This document shows positions 54,912-64,000 of a stretch of DNA of 64,000 bases, piece by piece. Made by a program: the position numbers and the translations under genes. Position 1 is the stretch's first letter. Every line of letters begins with the position of its first letter. Under the pieces are notes generated by a model that was not told where the DNA came from, searched no databases, and saw only the letters and a list, made by a program, of their open reading frames with translations. The DNA lies in contig JAXLWU010000007.1 of assembly GCA_046328335.1 (NCBI GenBank), forward strand, positions 4,094-68,093, written 5' to 3'. Origin of the DNA: Thermomicrobiales bacterium (GTDB lineage Bacteria; Chloroflexota; Chloroflexia; Thermomicrobiales; UBA6265).

Positions 54912-57736
54912 TGGGCCGGCGCAAGCGTATTCCATACGATCCGCCGCACTTGCGGGCGGGACGGCGGCAACGTCCTTCGTGGTTGCCACATCCCGAGCAT
55001 GAGCCGATTTCGCGGCGCGTTTTTCTCGGCCGCACCGCGATCATCAGCGCCTTCACGGTCCTCGCCGCACGGCTCGGCTACATGCAATTGCTCAAAGGCG
55101 AGAGTTTCCGGCTGAAATCGCAACAGAACATCCAGAAGGATGAGGTTCTGCGCCCCACGCGAGGCGTCATCTACGACCGGAAGAATCGCGAACTGGCGGT
55201 CAACCGCGAGACGTGGGAGGTCAGTGTCCGGCCGTCGGATCTGCCGTCAGCCAAGACCGAGCCCCAGGAACGGCGGCGGGTGCTCGATGAACTCATTGCC
55301 GCGCTCAGTCTCCCCGACGCGCTCGTCCTCGACCCGCTGAGCGTGCCGGAAGGGGCGCGCCAGACCATCTACGCGCGAACCGCGCAGCTGCTGGGCAAAA
55401 CGCTGACCGTTGAGCAGACCGATCAGACGGTGCTCCATCCCTTCTTTCGCGTTCCCGGGCAACTGGTTCGGGTCAACGGCCAGGACCTGCAGATCTTTGT
55501 CTACCCGAACGAAACGGCGCGAAAGTCCGATTCCGCGCGGATTTCCGCTGACGGCAAACTGATCGCGGGACAGACGGCGGAATGGCCGATGCCGCCGCGG
55601 TTCTCGACTGGCGGCAATGTGTTGGGCGTGCTCCTGACCGCCGACGGACGGTTGGCGGGAAGGGTCGACCGCGCCATCTCGAATCTCGATGAGGCAACCG
55701 CGCCGGTGACGATGGACGGCGTGATCAAGGTGCTCAGCGAGGACGCGCTGGCGCAGTGGACGCAATACATCGAGCAGGAAGAGGGCCAGAACTATCTCAT
55801 TCGCCTCGAAGATGACCTGACGATCGATCAGGCGTCGTTGTGCCGCGCCCACCTGAACGAGATTCCCGGCGTCAAGGTGATGAATCAGCTCGACTACCTG
55901 GTCGAGAACGGCCGGGACAAAGAGTCCGTGGTGGTCAAGACCGGCGTGCCGCGTGACGTGGCCCTCAAACTCGAATCGAACAAGCTCTACCTGCCGGGGG
56001 TCGAACTCGAGGATGGGGTGCTCATCCGTCGCTACCCCGGCGGCGAGGCGATGTCGCACATCCTTGGCTACGTCGGCAAGATCAGCCAGCGTGACTACGA
56101 GAATCCCAAGAACCGGGACGAACTGGGCAAGCCGCTCTACAGCCCGGATGACACCATCGGCAAGGATGGTCTCGAACTCGAACTGGAACAGACCCTGCGC
56201 GGCACCCCCGGGGCGCGGGTGGTCGAAATCAATCCGGTGGCCGACGCGTGGCAGGTCGTCCCGGATTCGACGATCGAAGCCCAACCGGGCAAGAACGTCA
56301 CCCTGACGATCGATCTCGAACTGCAACGTGCCGTGAGCGAGATTCTGCGCGCGGGCATCACCTATTCGAACGCCGACCGGCGGGCGATCGAAGCCGCCGA
56401 TCCGACCCGCCGGGTCAAGACGGAATCGGGCGCGGGCGCGGTGGTGGCGATCGATCCGCGCACGGGCGAAGTGCTGGCGATGGTCAGTTACCCCCACTAC
56501 GACAACCAACTCTTTGTCGACGGTATTTCGCAGCGGAAGTACCAGGAATACACCAGCGAGGAAGCCAACAAGCCGCTCCTCGACCGCGCGCTGCGCGGCG
56601 AATACCCCCCTGGCTCCACGCTCAAGCCGTTCCTGGCCGCCGCCGGACTGCAGGAAGGCAAGATCGACGTCAACAAGAACTACAGTTGCGTCGGCGCGAT
56701 TCAGGTCCCGTATGCCTGGGACGAATCGAAGGGGAATATCCACCCCTGCTGGGCATGGCGGCTCGGCGGGCACGGGGCCCTCGATGTCTATGGCGCCATC
56801 GAGCAGTCATGCGACGTCTTTTTCTACAACGTCGGCGCCCCGCGGCAGCCGGTTGACGAGGCGAAGAGCGACTACCTTCACTATCGGGACAAGAACCTGC
56901 TGACCAACGAACTCGGCGAACTTCACTATTTCGAGGGACTCGGCATCCAGGCGATCAAGGAGAATCTCGAAAACCGATTCTGGTTCGGCAATCGCACCGG
57001 GATCGAGCTGCCGACCGAGGGCCGCGGGGTGGTTCCCGATCCGGAATGGTTGGCGCGAAACTTCCAGGGCACCGGGTGGTCGGTCAGCGCGACGATCAAC
57101 GTCTCCATCGGTCAGGGCTATTTCCTGACCACCCCGCTGCAACTCGCGCTCAACACCGCCGCGATTGCCAACAGTGGCAAGGTGCTCAAGCCGCAAATCG
57201 TCGCCAGGACGTATGACGGCCATCCGCCGGACAAGGTCACCATCGACCCCATTGTTCAGCGAGAGGTGGGAATCAAGAAAGACCACATCGACGTGGTGCG
57301 GGAGGGAATGCGCCGCGTCGTCCACGGCAGTCTCGGCACCGCTCCGGTCAGCACGAAGTGGACGCTGACCAATCCAGCCGGGGAACGCGAAATCACCATC
57401 GGCGGCAAGACGGGCACGGCAGAAATCGGAACGGCTGACCCCAATGGCATTTACGACCGCCAGCACGCCTGGTTCACCTGTTTTGCCCCATATGAAGACC
57501 CGGAAATCGCGGTTTCGGTGATTGTCGAGGACGGGGGCGAAGGTTCGGCCTACGCCGTGCCGGTGGCGGATCGGGTGATGCGCGCGTTCTTCGAACTGAG
57601 CGGGCGACGCAAACGTGGTGTCGTGCTACGCACAGATGCCGACCCGATGCGGATCGATCAGCCGATTCTGGCCGACACCGCGGCCTTCCCCGAACCCGGG
57701 TCGTCCGGTTTGGCCCCGACGGTCGATCTGGACTGA
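54911..57736 (+). CDS. mrdA: Penicillin-binding protein 2 (elongasome transpeptidase), unusually long at 941 aa
   Basis: N-terminal TM anchor followed by LLKGESFRLKSQQN...RGVIYDRKNRELAVN. Motifs STLKP (SxxK), SIGQG and KTGTAE. Extra sequence at aa about 135-300, plus a smaller insert between SxxK and SIGQG. Confidence 0.85.
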   Translation: MGRRKRIPYDPPHLRAGRRQRPSWLPHPEHEPISRRVFLGRTAIISAFTVLAARLGYMQLLKGESFRLKSQQNIQKDEVLRPTRGVIYDRKNRELAVNRETWEVSVRPSDLPSAKTEPQERRRVLDELIAALSLPDALVLDPLSVPEGARQTIYARTAQLLGKTLTVEQTDQTVLHPFFRVPGQLVRVNGQDLQIFVYPNETARKSDSARISADGKLIAGQTAEWPMPPRFSTGGNVLGVLLTADGRLAGRVDRAISNLDEATAPVTMDGVIKVLSEDALAQWTQYIEQEEGQNYLIRLEDDLTIDQASLCRAHLNEIPGVKVMNQLDYLVENGRDKESVVVKTGVPRDVALKLESNKLYLPGVELEDGVLIRRYPGGEAMSHILGYVGKISQRDYENPKNRDELGKPLYSPDDTIGKDGLELELEQTLRGTPGARVVEINPVADAWQVVPDSTIEAQPGKNVTLTIDLELQRAVSEILRAGITYSNADRRAIEAADPTRRVKTESGAGAVVAIDPRTGEVLAMVSYPHYDNQLFVDGISQRKYQEYTSEEANKPLLDRALRGEYPPGSTLKPFLAAAGLQEGKIDVNKNYSCVGAIQVPYAWDESKGNIHPCWAWRLGGHGALDVYGAIEQSCDVFFYNVGAPRQPVDEAKSDYLHYRDKNLLTNELGELHYFEGLGIQAIKENLENRFWFGNRTGIELPTEGRGVVPDPEWLARNFQGTGWSVSATINVSIGQGYFLTTPLQLALNTAAIANSGKVLKPQIVARTYDGHPPDKVTIDPIVQREVGIKKDHIDVVREGMRRVVHGSLGTAPVSTKWTLTNPAGEREITIGGKTGTAEIGTADPNGIYDRQHAWFTCFAPYEDPEIAVSVIVEDGGEGSAYAVPVADRVMRAFFELSGRRKRGVVLRTDADPMRIDQPILADTAAFPEPGSSGLAPTVDLD

Positions 57737-57800
57737 CGCCGATTATGGTCGATGACCGCTGCGCTCATGCCGCGAGTGCCCTCACTTCAGCCCCGAGGAT

Positions 57801-57846
57801 GCCCCTCACCCCAGCCCCTCTCCCCGTGCGCGGGGCGAGGGGCTGG
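57801..57846. repeat. R1 repeat forming a long hairpin downstream of mrdA
   Basis: GCCCCTCACCCCAGCCCCTCTCCCCGTGCGCGGGGCGAGGGGCTGG. CCAGCCCCTC pairs with GAGGGGCTGG, with an inner CCCCG/CGGGG stem. Confidence 0.6.
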
Positions 57847-57940
57847 CGTGGCCAGCCGGGTCGCGGGAAGTAGGCATGTGCTCGCCCGAGTTTGATACAA
57901 GAAGACGGCTTCAGGGATCGATGACGCCGGGCATCCGGCG

Positions 57941-58345
57941 GTGAGTGGCGCGCCGCGGCTGCATCACGTCGCGATCGTGGTGGCGGACCTGGACGAAGCC
58001 GTGGCGCGTTACGAACGACTGGGCTTCGGCGGCGGCGAGCGCTTTCTCCTGCCGGAACAGGCGGTCGAAGTCGTCACCTTTCACAGTGGTGACGGCTGGA
58101 TCGAGCTGATCGCGCCGACCGATCCCGAGGGGCCGATCGCCCGCTACCTGGCCAAGCGCGGCGAGGGACTCCATCATGTGGCCTATGCCGTTCCCGATCT
58201 CGAGGCGGAACTCGGCAGATTGGAGGCTGCTGGCTCCCGCCTGATCGACGCGTCGCCGCGTACGGGCGCCCACGGCTGGCGGATCGCGTTCATCCACCCG
58301 GAATCGTGTGGGGGCGTCCTCACAGAACTTGTCGAGGAAGCGTAG
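57941..58345 (+). CDS. mce: Methylmalonyl-CoA epimerase (VOC/glyoxalase fold)
   Basis: Contains LHHVAIVVADLDEAVARYERLGF...GEGLHHVAYAVPDL...GVLTELVE. 134 aa. GTG start with a weak SD. Next to the MCM gene. Confidence 0.78.
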   Translation: MSGAPRLHHVAIVVADLDEAVARYERLGFGGGERFLLPEQAVEVVTFHSGDGWIELIAPTDPEGPIARYLAKRGEGLHHVAYAVPDLEAELGRLEAAGSRLIDASPRTGAHGWRIAFIHPESCGGVLTELVEEA

Positions 58346-58392
58346 GACCGACATCAGACCGTACCGGTCAACGATGCATTCCGCAATTCCCC

Positions 58393-58433
58393 CGTAGGGT
58401 GCGACGCCTGCGTCGCCCGCGCTCCTCACCACC
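58393..58433. repeat. R3 repeat copy
   Basis: CGTAGGGTGCGACGCCTGCGTCGCCCGCGCTCCTCACCACC. Compare with the reverse complement of 13233..13272. Confidence 0.6.
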
Positions 58434-58551
58434 TCGTTGACGGTCGGGAGCAATGCCCGTTGCTTGTCCGCCCGCGCGGCGAGTTGGTCGGCCTTGGTTC
58501 AGCGAATCCACTACAGTTGTGCCGTAGTCGAATCATGGAGTGCGGCCAGCC

Positions 58552-60126
58552 ATGTCAGTCGTCAAGAGCGAACGGGTGACCGATTCCGGTATCGAGATCG
58601 AACCGGTCTATCGCGCCGACACGGATCGCGAACCGGAGCCAGACCCTGGCGAGTTTCCCTACACGCGCGGCATCTACCCGACGATGTATCGCGGCCGGCG
58701 CTGGACCATGCGCCAGTACGCCGGATTCTCCTCGGTGGCGGAAAGCAATGCCCGCTATCGCTTGCTGCTGGAGCGCGGCACGACCGGGTTGAGCATCGCG
58801 TTCGACCTGCCGACGCAATTGGGACTCGATTCCGATGATCCGCGTGCACTAGGCGAAGTTGGGCGTGTTGGCGTGCCGATTTCAACGGTCGATGACATGC
58901 GGCGCCTATTTGCCGGGATCGATCAGGGCGCGATCACCACCTCGATGACGATCAACGCGCCAGCTTCGCTCCTGCTGCTCATGTATGAGCTGGTGGCGGA
59001 GGAGCGAGGCGTCGATTGTCGCCGCTTGGGCGGCACGATCCAGAACGACATCCTCAAGGAGTATGCCGCGCGCGGCACGTACATCTTTCCCCCGCGGCCG
59101 TCGATGCGCCTGGTGACTGACACCTTCGCGTATTGCGCGGATCGGTTGCCGGCATGGAACACCATTTCCGTTTCCGGGTATCACATCCGGGAAGCGGGCT
59201 CCTCCGCCGCGCAGGAGATCGCGTTCACCCTGGCCAATGGGCTGGCATACATCGAGTCCGCGCTCATGGCGGGCCTGGCCATCGACGATGTCGCGCCGCG
59301 AATGAGTTTCTTCTTCGCCGCCCATTCCAATCTTTTCGAGGAAGCGGCCAAGTTCCGCGCGGCGCGGCGGATGTGGGCGATGCTCATTCGCGAACGCTAT
59401 GCGCCGGCTGACCCGCGCTCGGAAATGATCCGGTTTCATACCCAAACTGGCGGCGTGACGCTGACCGCGCAGCAACCGCTCAACAACGTCGTCCGGGTGG
59501 CGTACCAGGCGCTTTCCGCCGTGCTCGGGGGAACCCAGAGCCTGCACACCAACTCCTATGATGAAGCGCTGGGATTGCCGACCGCCGACGCCGCGACGCT
59601 CGCGCTACGCACGCAACAAATCCTGGCGGATGAAACTGGCGTCGCCGATACGGCCGATCCCCTCGCCGGATCGTATTTTGTCGAGCGGCTGACGGATGAA
59701 CTCGAAGCCAGGGCGCGCGAATGGCTGGAACGGGTCGAGGCGCGTGGCGGCGCGGTAGCCGCGATCGAGCAGGGCTTCGTCCAGAACGCGATCGCCGAGA
59801 ATGCCTTCGAGCGCGAAATCGCGCGGGAACGGGGCGATGATATCGTCGTCGGGGTCAATCGCTTTGTCGAAGCCGAGGAGGTCGACGTGCCGGTGCAGCG
59901 CATCGACGAGGACGCGGTGCGAGAGCAGATCGAGCGCGTGCGGCGTCACAAGGCATTGCAGGACCGTGCGGCGGTACAGCTCGCGCTGGAACACGTCGCC
60001 GTGGCGGCCGGTAGTTCAGACAACGTGTTGCCGCCCATGAGAGACGCGCTCCGGGCCGGGGCGACGCTCGGGGAGATCGGCGCAACTCTGCGCCAAGTCT
60101 TTGGCGAATATCGCGCGCACCTCTGA
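58552..60126 (+). CDS. Methylmalonyl-CoA mutase, catalytic (TIM-barrel) subunit without the B12-binding domain
   Basis: Contains [57 protein letters not shown]. At 524 aa it is the split large-subunit form. Confidence 0.88.
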   Translation: MSVVKSERVTDSGIEIEPVYRADTDREPEPDPGEFPYTRGIYPTMYRGRRWTMRQYAGFSSVAESNARYRLLLERGTTGLSIAFDLPTQLGLDSDDPRALGEVGRVGVPISTVDDMRRLFAGIDQGAITTSMTINAPASLLLLMYELVAEERGVDCRRLGGTIQNDILKEYAARGTYIFPPRPSMRLVTDTFAYCADRLPAWNTISVSGYHIREAGSSAAQEIAFTLANGLAYIESALMAGLAIDDVAPRMSFFFAAHSNLFEEAAKFRAARRMWAMLIRERYAPADPRSEMIRFHTQTGGVTLTAQQPLNNVVRVAYQALSAVLGGTQSLHTNSYDEALGLPTADAATLALRTQQILADETGVADTADPLAGSYFVERLTDELEARAREWLERVEARGGAVAAIEQGFVQNAIAENAFEREIARERGDDIVVGVNRFVEAEEVDVPVQRIDEDAVREQIERVRRHKALQDRAAVQLALEHVAVAAGSSDNVLPPMRDALRAGATLGEIGATLRQVFGEYRAHL

Positions 60127-60148
60127 GCGGCGCCGGAACTGAGCGCGC

Positions 60149-60889
60149 ATGGGTTTCTCCCTTGGTGCGGCCCTGGCCGTGACGCTTTTTGGCGGTGTCG
60201 CCTCCGGTATTGCCGGTTTCGGTTTTGCCCTCATCTGCGTCCCGCTGCTGTTGCAGATCTACCCACCGCAGACCGTCGTCGCCATCAGCATTTTGCTATC
60301 GCTGTTGACCGGCTGGATCATCCTGCCGGGAGTCTGGAGACAGATTCGCGTCGCCACCGTCGCCGCGCTCATACCCTGGGCGATTCTCGGCGTCTTCGCG
60401 GGCGTGGCGCTGTTGCGGATACTCGACGTGGCACAGATCAAACTTGTCGCTAGTCTCGTCGTCGCCGGATTTGCTCTTTCCATGTTGCGGGGTTGGAGTC
60501 CGCCAGGAACCGATTCGCCCCTCGCGACTGTCGTCGCCGGCGCCGCGAGCGGCACGCTGAACGCGTTGACGGGCGTCGCGGGACCGCCGGTGGTGATGCT
60601 CTTTGTTGCGCGGAATCTGGACACCCATGCCTTTCGCACCAGCATTGTGGCCTACTTCGTCCTGATCGATGTGGCCGCGCTGGCAATTCTCGTCCGCGTC
60701 GGTGAGATCGGCTGGACCGAAACGCGGAGCGCGCTCGTTCTCCTGCCGGCGGCGATCGTTGGGACCTTCGTCGGGCGACACTTGGTCTCACGGGTACCGG
60801 TCGAAACGTTCCGCCGGCTGGTGCTGATCATGGTGATGAGCACTGGCGCGCTCGGCGTTGTCGACGCGCTGCGGACGCTGGTTAGTTGA
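60149..60889 (+). CDS. TauE/SafE family anion permease (DUF81)
   Basis: 246 aa with 7-8 hydrophobic segments. The N-terminus GGVASGIAGFGFALICVPLLL is typical of the family. Confidence 0.75.
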   Translation: MGFSLGAALAVTLFGGVASGIAGFGFALICVPLLLQIYPPQTVVAISILLSLLTGWIILPGVWRQIRVATVAALIPWAILGVFAGVALLRILDVAQIKLVASLVVAGFALSMLRGWSPPGTDSPLATVVAGAASGTLNALTGVAGPPVVMLFVARNLDTHAFRTSIVAYFVLIDVAALAILVRVGEIGWTETRSALVLLPAAIVGTFVGRHLVSRVPVETFRRLVLIMVMSTGALGVVDALRTLVS

Positions 60890-60941
60890 TCCGCGCATAC
60901 TCTCTGCCCTGAGTGTGTGTACGCGGAGTTGTGAGGTGCCG

Positions 60942-62126
60942 ATGGAGACCCGGGAGTTGACCTCGCCGCGGGTGCGGGGATTCGGGACATCGATCTTCTC
61001 CGAAATGAGCCGGTTGGCCAATTTGCATGGCGCGGTCAATCTGGGGCAGGGGTTTCCCGATTTTCCCGGTCCCGATTTCGTCAAGGAGGCGGCGCGGGAG
61101 GCAATCGACTCCGATCTCAATCAGTACGCGATTTCTCACGGCGCTCCCCGCTTGCGGAAGGCGATTGCGCAGGACTGGGCAACACGGTTTGGGCAAACGA
61201 TCGATCCCGACTTGGAGGTGACAGTCACCTCCGGCGCCACCGAGGCGATTTACGACGCGATTCAGACCTTCGCCGGTCCAGGTGACGAGATTGCCGTCTT
61301 CGAGCCGTTCTACGACTCGTACCTGCCAAGCGCGATCATGGCTGACGCCGCGCTCCGCCCGATCACACTGAAATCGCCTGATTGGTCGTTCGACCGCGAT
61401 GAAGCGGAGGCCGCGTTCGGCCCCAAGACGCGGATTCTCCTGCTGAATACCCCCCACAATCCGACCGGCAAGGTGTTCACACGAGACGAATTGGCGTTTC
61501 TCGCCACGTTGTGCCAGCGTTGGAATGTCCTGGCGATCACCGATGAGGTCTACGAGCGGATCGTCTTCGACGGTGTCGAGCATATCCCGCTGGCGACGCT
61601 GTCAGGCATGTGGGAGCGGACCCTGACGATCAGTTCGACCGGCAAGACCTTCTCCATGACCGGGTGGAAGATCGGCTATGCCGTCGGGCCAGCGCACCTG
61701 AACGCGGCCCTGCGTTCGGTTCACCAGTTTGTGACCTTTGCCACGGCAACGCCGTTCCAGGAGGCAATGGCACGAGCGCTCGAGATCGCCGCGGCACGTG
61801 GATACTACGGGGAATTGACCGCTGAGTACACCGCGCGGCGGGAGGCGCTGCGGCAGGCCCTGGAGGAATCAGGCTTGCCGACACTTCCGGTGCAGGGTGC
61901 CTATTTCGTGATGGCCGACGTGGCGAATCTTGGCTTTGCGACCGATGTCGCGTTCTGCCGCTGGCTGACTAGTGAGATCGGCGTGGCGGCGGTGCCACCG
62001 TCCGCCTTCTATCTCGATCCAGGGAGAGCGCCGTTATTGGCGCGGTTCTGTTTTGCCAAGCGGGACGAGACGATCGCCAGCGCGGCGGAACGGCTGCGCC
62101 AGATTCCGCAGCGGCTTCCCTCGTAG
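60942..62126 (+). CDS. Class I/II PLP-dependent aminotransferase (YbdL / kynurenine-aminotransferase-like)
   Basis: ORF trimmed to the ATG at 60942. Contains NLGQGFPDFPGPDFVKEAA, LLLNTPHNPTGKVF and SSTGKTFSMTGWKIGY with the PLP lysine. Confidence 0.85.
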   Translation: METRELTSPRVRGFGTSIFSEMSRLANLHGAVNLGQGFPDFPGPDFVKEAAREAIDSDLNQYAISHGAPRLRKAIAQDWATRFGQTIDPDLEVTVTSGATEAIYDAIQTFAGPGDEIAVFEPFYDSYLPSAIMADAALRPITLKSPDWSFDRDEAEAAFGPKTRILLLNTPHNPTGKVFTRDELAFLATLCQRWNVLAITDEVYERIVFDGVEHIPLATLSGMWERTLTISSTGKTFSMTGWKIGYAVGPAHLNAALRSVHQFVTFATATPFQEAMARALEIAAARGYYGELTAEYTARREALRQALEESGLPTLPVQGAYFVMADVANLGFATDVAFCRWLTSEIGVAAVPPSAFYLDPGRAPLLARFCFAKRDETIASAAERLRQIPQRLPS

Positions 62127-62247
62127 GCCCTGCTGAACGACGGCTATCGCTTGCTCGCGGCGCCGGCCCTCACCGCGTCCCCTCATATGGAATCCTGCTG
62201 AAGCCACGCGTGTTGCACGCGGGAGGAATTCCGTGTCCCGCCGGGCG

Positions 62248-62270
62248 GCAGAGGGGTTGGGGTGAGGGTG
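62248..62270. repeat. R1 repeat fragment
   Basis: GCAGAGGGGTTGGGGTGAGGGTG, intergenic. Confidence 0.5.
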
Positions 62271-62310
62271 GGCGTCCCGATCAAACAGCAGTGCTCGTCC
62301 GGATTCCCAA

Positions 62311-63846
62311 TCAGGCAACGATCCGAATCGTCCCCAGGGCCGGATCGATTGGGCCGGAGAGATACATGCCGTGCGCGGCGCCCTCGCGCAGGTAGGCGAT
62401 TTTCTCGGCCGTGATCACTTCGCCCGGAGCGAGCACCGGAATACCGGGTGGATAGGGAATGACGAGTTCGGCCGAGACTTCACCGGTCGCCTCGCTGAGC
62501 GGCACGGCGCGGGTCACCGCAAAGAAGGCGTCGCGCGGCGACATCGCCAGTTCCGCCGGAGCGACCGCAGCGCCGGTGGAGCGGAGATCGGCCCGGCGCG
62601 CTCCGCCCCGGTAGTGCTCCCGGGAGAGAGTCTCGAAAGCGCTGATCAGGCGGTCGATGCTCTCCGGTGTATCACCGATGGTGATCAGGAAGACGAGGCT
62701 GATGAGATCGCTCATCTCCGGACCGATCCCGAAGCGGTGCCGCAGCGCATCCTCGACCGCGTAGCCAGTGATTCCCAGGCCATCGACATCGACGACGAGT
62801 TTGGTGAGGTCGAAGCCGTCTACGCCGAGAATGTCCCCATCGAGCACACCGATGCCGGGAATGGCTTGCAGCCGGCGGCGGGCGTCGTTGGCGAGGGCGA
62901 TGGTGCGTTCCATCAGCGCCTCGCCGTCCAGGGCCATCTGGCGCCGGGCGGTATCGATCGAGGCCAGGATCAGCACCGAAGGACTCGTCGTCTGCACCAT
63001 GCCGACCGCGGTCCGCACCTTGTCGGGATCGACGAGTCCTCCCCGGACGTGGAGGATTGCCGCCTGTGTCAGGCTACCGAGCACCTTGTGGGTCGACACC
63101 ACCGCGCCATCCGCGCCGCTTGCCATGGCGGAGCGAGGGAGCGCGGGATGGAAATGGAGATGTGGTCCCCAGGCCTCGTCGACGTGGACCGGCACACCAC
63201 GGGCATGGGCCACGGCCACGATCCCGGTGAGGTCGGAGGCCACGCCTGAATACGAGGGACTCACGAGGGCAACCAGCTTGGCGTCCGGATGACGATCGAG
63301 CGCATCCGCGATCTGGCCCGGGGTGATGCCGAGTCCCACGTTCAATTCGGGATGCAACCGGGGCGCCACATAGACCGGCACGGCGCCGGTCAGAATCAGC
63401 GAGACAAGCAGGGACTTGTGGAGATCGCGCGCGACGATGACCGTGTCGCCGGGCCGGATCGTCGCCAGCATGAAGGCGTGATTCCCCGCGGAAGAGCCAT
63501 TGAGCAGGAAGAAACTCCGCTCCGCGCCCCAGGCGTCGGCGGCCATGGCCTCGGCGACGCGCAAGACCTCGCCGCCGAAGTGGGTATCGCCGATGCCCCC
63601 GCCGAGCGGAATGTCACAGCGCAGCGCCGCGTCACCAAACGTTTCGCGTAAGGCCGAGTCTGCCCCGACGCCGAGCTTATGCCCGGGCGTCGAAAAGGGG
63701 ACGATGCCGAGATCGTGGTAGGCGAGAATGCCTTCGAGCAGGGGGGCGCGGCGATGGTCGATGCCCGACGATTGCTCGATTCCGCTCCGCTCGAGGTTCG
63801 TTGCCGTCACTGTTCTCCCCACCACTGTGATGCCTGTTGAAGGCAC
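62311..63846 (-). CDS. Orn/Lys/Arg decarboxylase family protein (fold-type I PLP enzyme)
   Basis: Contains FSTPGHKLG, LLNGSSAGN and VVSTHKVLGSLTQAAILHV with the PLP lysine. GTG start at 63846; the exact start is uncertain. Confidence 0.8.
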   Translation of the reverse strand: MPSTGITVVGRTVTATNLERSGIEQSSGIDHRRAPLLEGILAYHDLGIVPFSTPGHKLGVGADSALRETFGDAALRCDIPLGGGIGDTHFGGEVLRVAEAMAADAWGAERSFFLLNGSSAGNHAFMLATIRPGDTVIVARDLHKSLLVSLILTGAVPVYVAPRLHPELNVGLGITPGQIADALDRHPDAKLVALVSPSYSGVASDLTGIVAVAHARGVPVHVDEAWGPHLHFHPALPRSAMASGADGAVVSTHKVLGSLTQAAILHVRGGLVDPDKVRTAVGMVQTTSPSVLILASIDTARRQMALDGEALMERTIALANDARRRLQAIPGIGVLDGDILGVDGFDLTKLVVDVDGLGITGYAVEDALRHRFGIGPEMSDLISLVFLITIGDTPESIDRLISAFETLSREHYRGGARRADLRSTGAAVAPAELAMSPRDAFFAVTRAVPLSEATGEVSAELVIPYPPGIPVLAPGEVITAEKIAYLREGAAHGMYLSGPIDPALGTIRIVA

Positions 63847-64000
63847 ATCATCTTCGCCATTTGGTATCAGCGATCCGCAACCGGGAACATGACAAGAAGC
63901 ATAGCGGAGGAATTAGCGCTGACCGTAACCTCGAATGAGGTGATCGACCGAGAGTCTCGCCTCTTGTGTCCGCCAGTCACTCGCCATAGAATCGATTCAC

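Noticed and set aside
55247-56773. 508-aa minus-strand ORF
   Set aside because: It is antisense to mrdA, whose frame carries SxxK, SIGQG and KTGT motifs. This is a high-GC shadow ORF.
60149-60889. TauE/SafE anion (sulfite/sulfonate-type) permease as a possible sulfur-supply component of the sulfation locus
   Set aside because: It lies about 9 kb beyond the locus border. Unrelated housekeeping genes (mreD, mrdA, mce, MCM) separate it from the locus, and it sits in a different transcription unit. No linkage can be argued from this window.

Overview
High-GC bacterial chromosomal window, roughly two-thirds G+C by hand sampling. A T-box leader, a split methylmalonyl-CoA mutase and GGGGTGAGGG-type intergenic repeats tentatively suggest a Chloroflexota/Thermomicrobia-like organism; this is inference, not a database result.

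Both flanks are ordinary housekeeping:
- Left: pheST with a Phe T-box leader, eno, pepF, a class III aminotransferase, an HcnAB/opine-oxidase-like Fe-S flavoprotein set, pgi, hemH, hyi plus a tartronate-semialdehyde-reductase-like gene, ugd, prmA, a sugar-1-P nucleotidyltransferase and cvpA.
- Right: a DUF402 gene, a phosphohexomutase, a GT1, mreD-mrdA, mce, the MCM catalytic subunit, a TauE/SafE permease, an aminotransferase and a decarboxylase.

The centre (about 23.9-50.8 kb) is a roughly 27 kb accessory glycan-assembly locus:
- It carries ten recognisable sulfotransferase domains from five sequence families and nine glycosyltransferase domains, including a 1180-aa triple-GT2 protein and an ArnT/PMT-like membrane GT.
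- It also holds rmlC/rmlD plus an atypical SDR, a methyltransferase-sulfotransferase fusion and a sulfotransferase fused to a long coiled coil.
- A roughly 105-aa module recurs four times across three of its proteins.
- An 86-aa Gly/Asn/Ser/Ala-rich repeat protein heads the long minus-strand operon.
- I read the locus as a candidate pathway for a heavily sulfated, possibly 6-deoxyhexose-containing, surface glycan or glycoconjugate. PAPS synthesis, export and initiation genes are not in the window.

Three dispersed hairpin-forming repeat families fill many intergenic gaps. I saw no rRNA, tRNA, CRISPR array, transposase or integrase.
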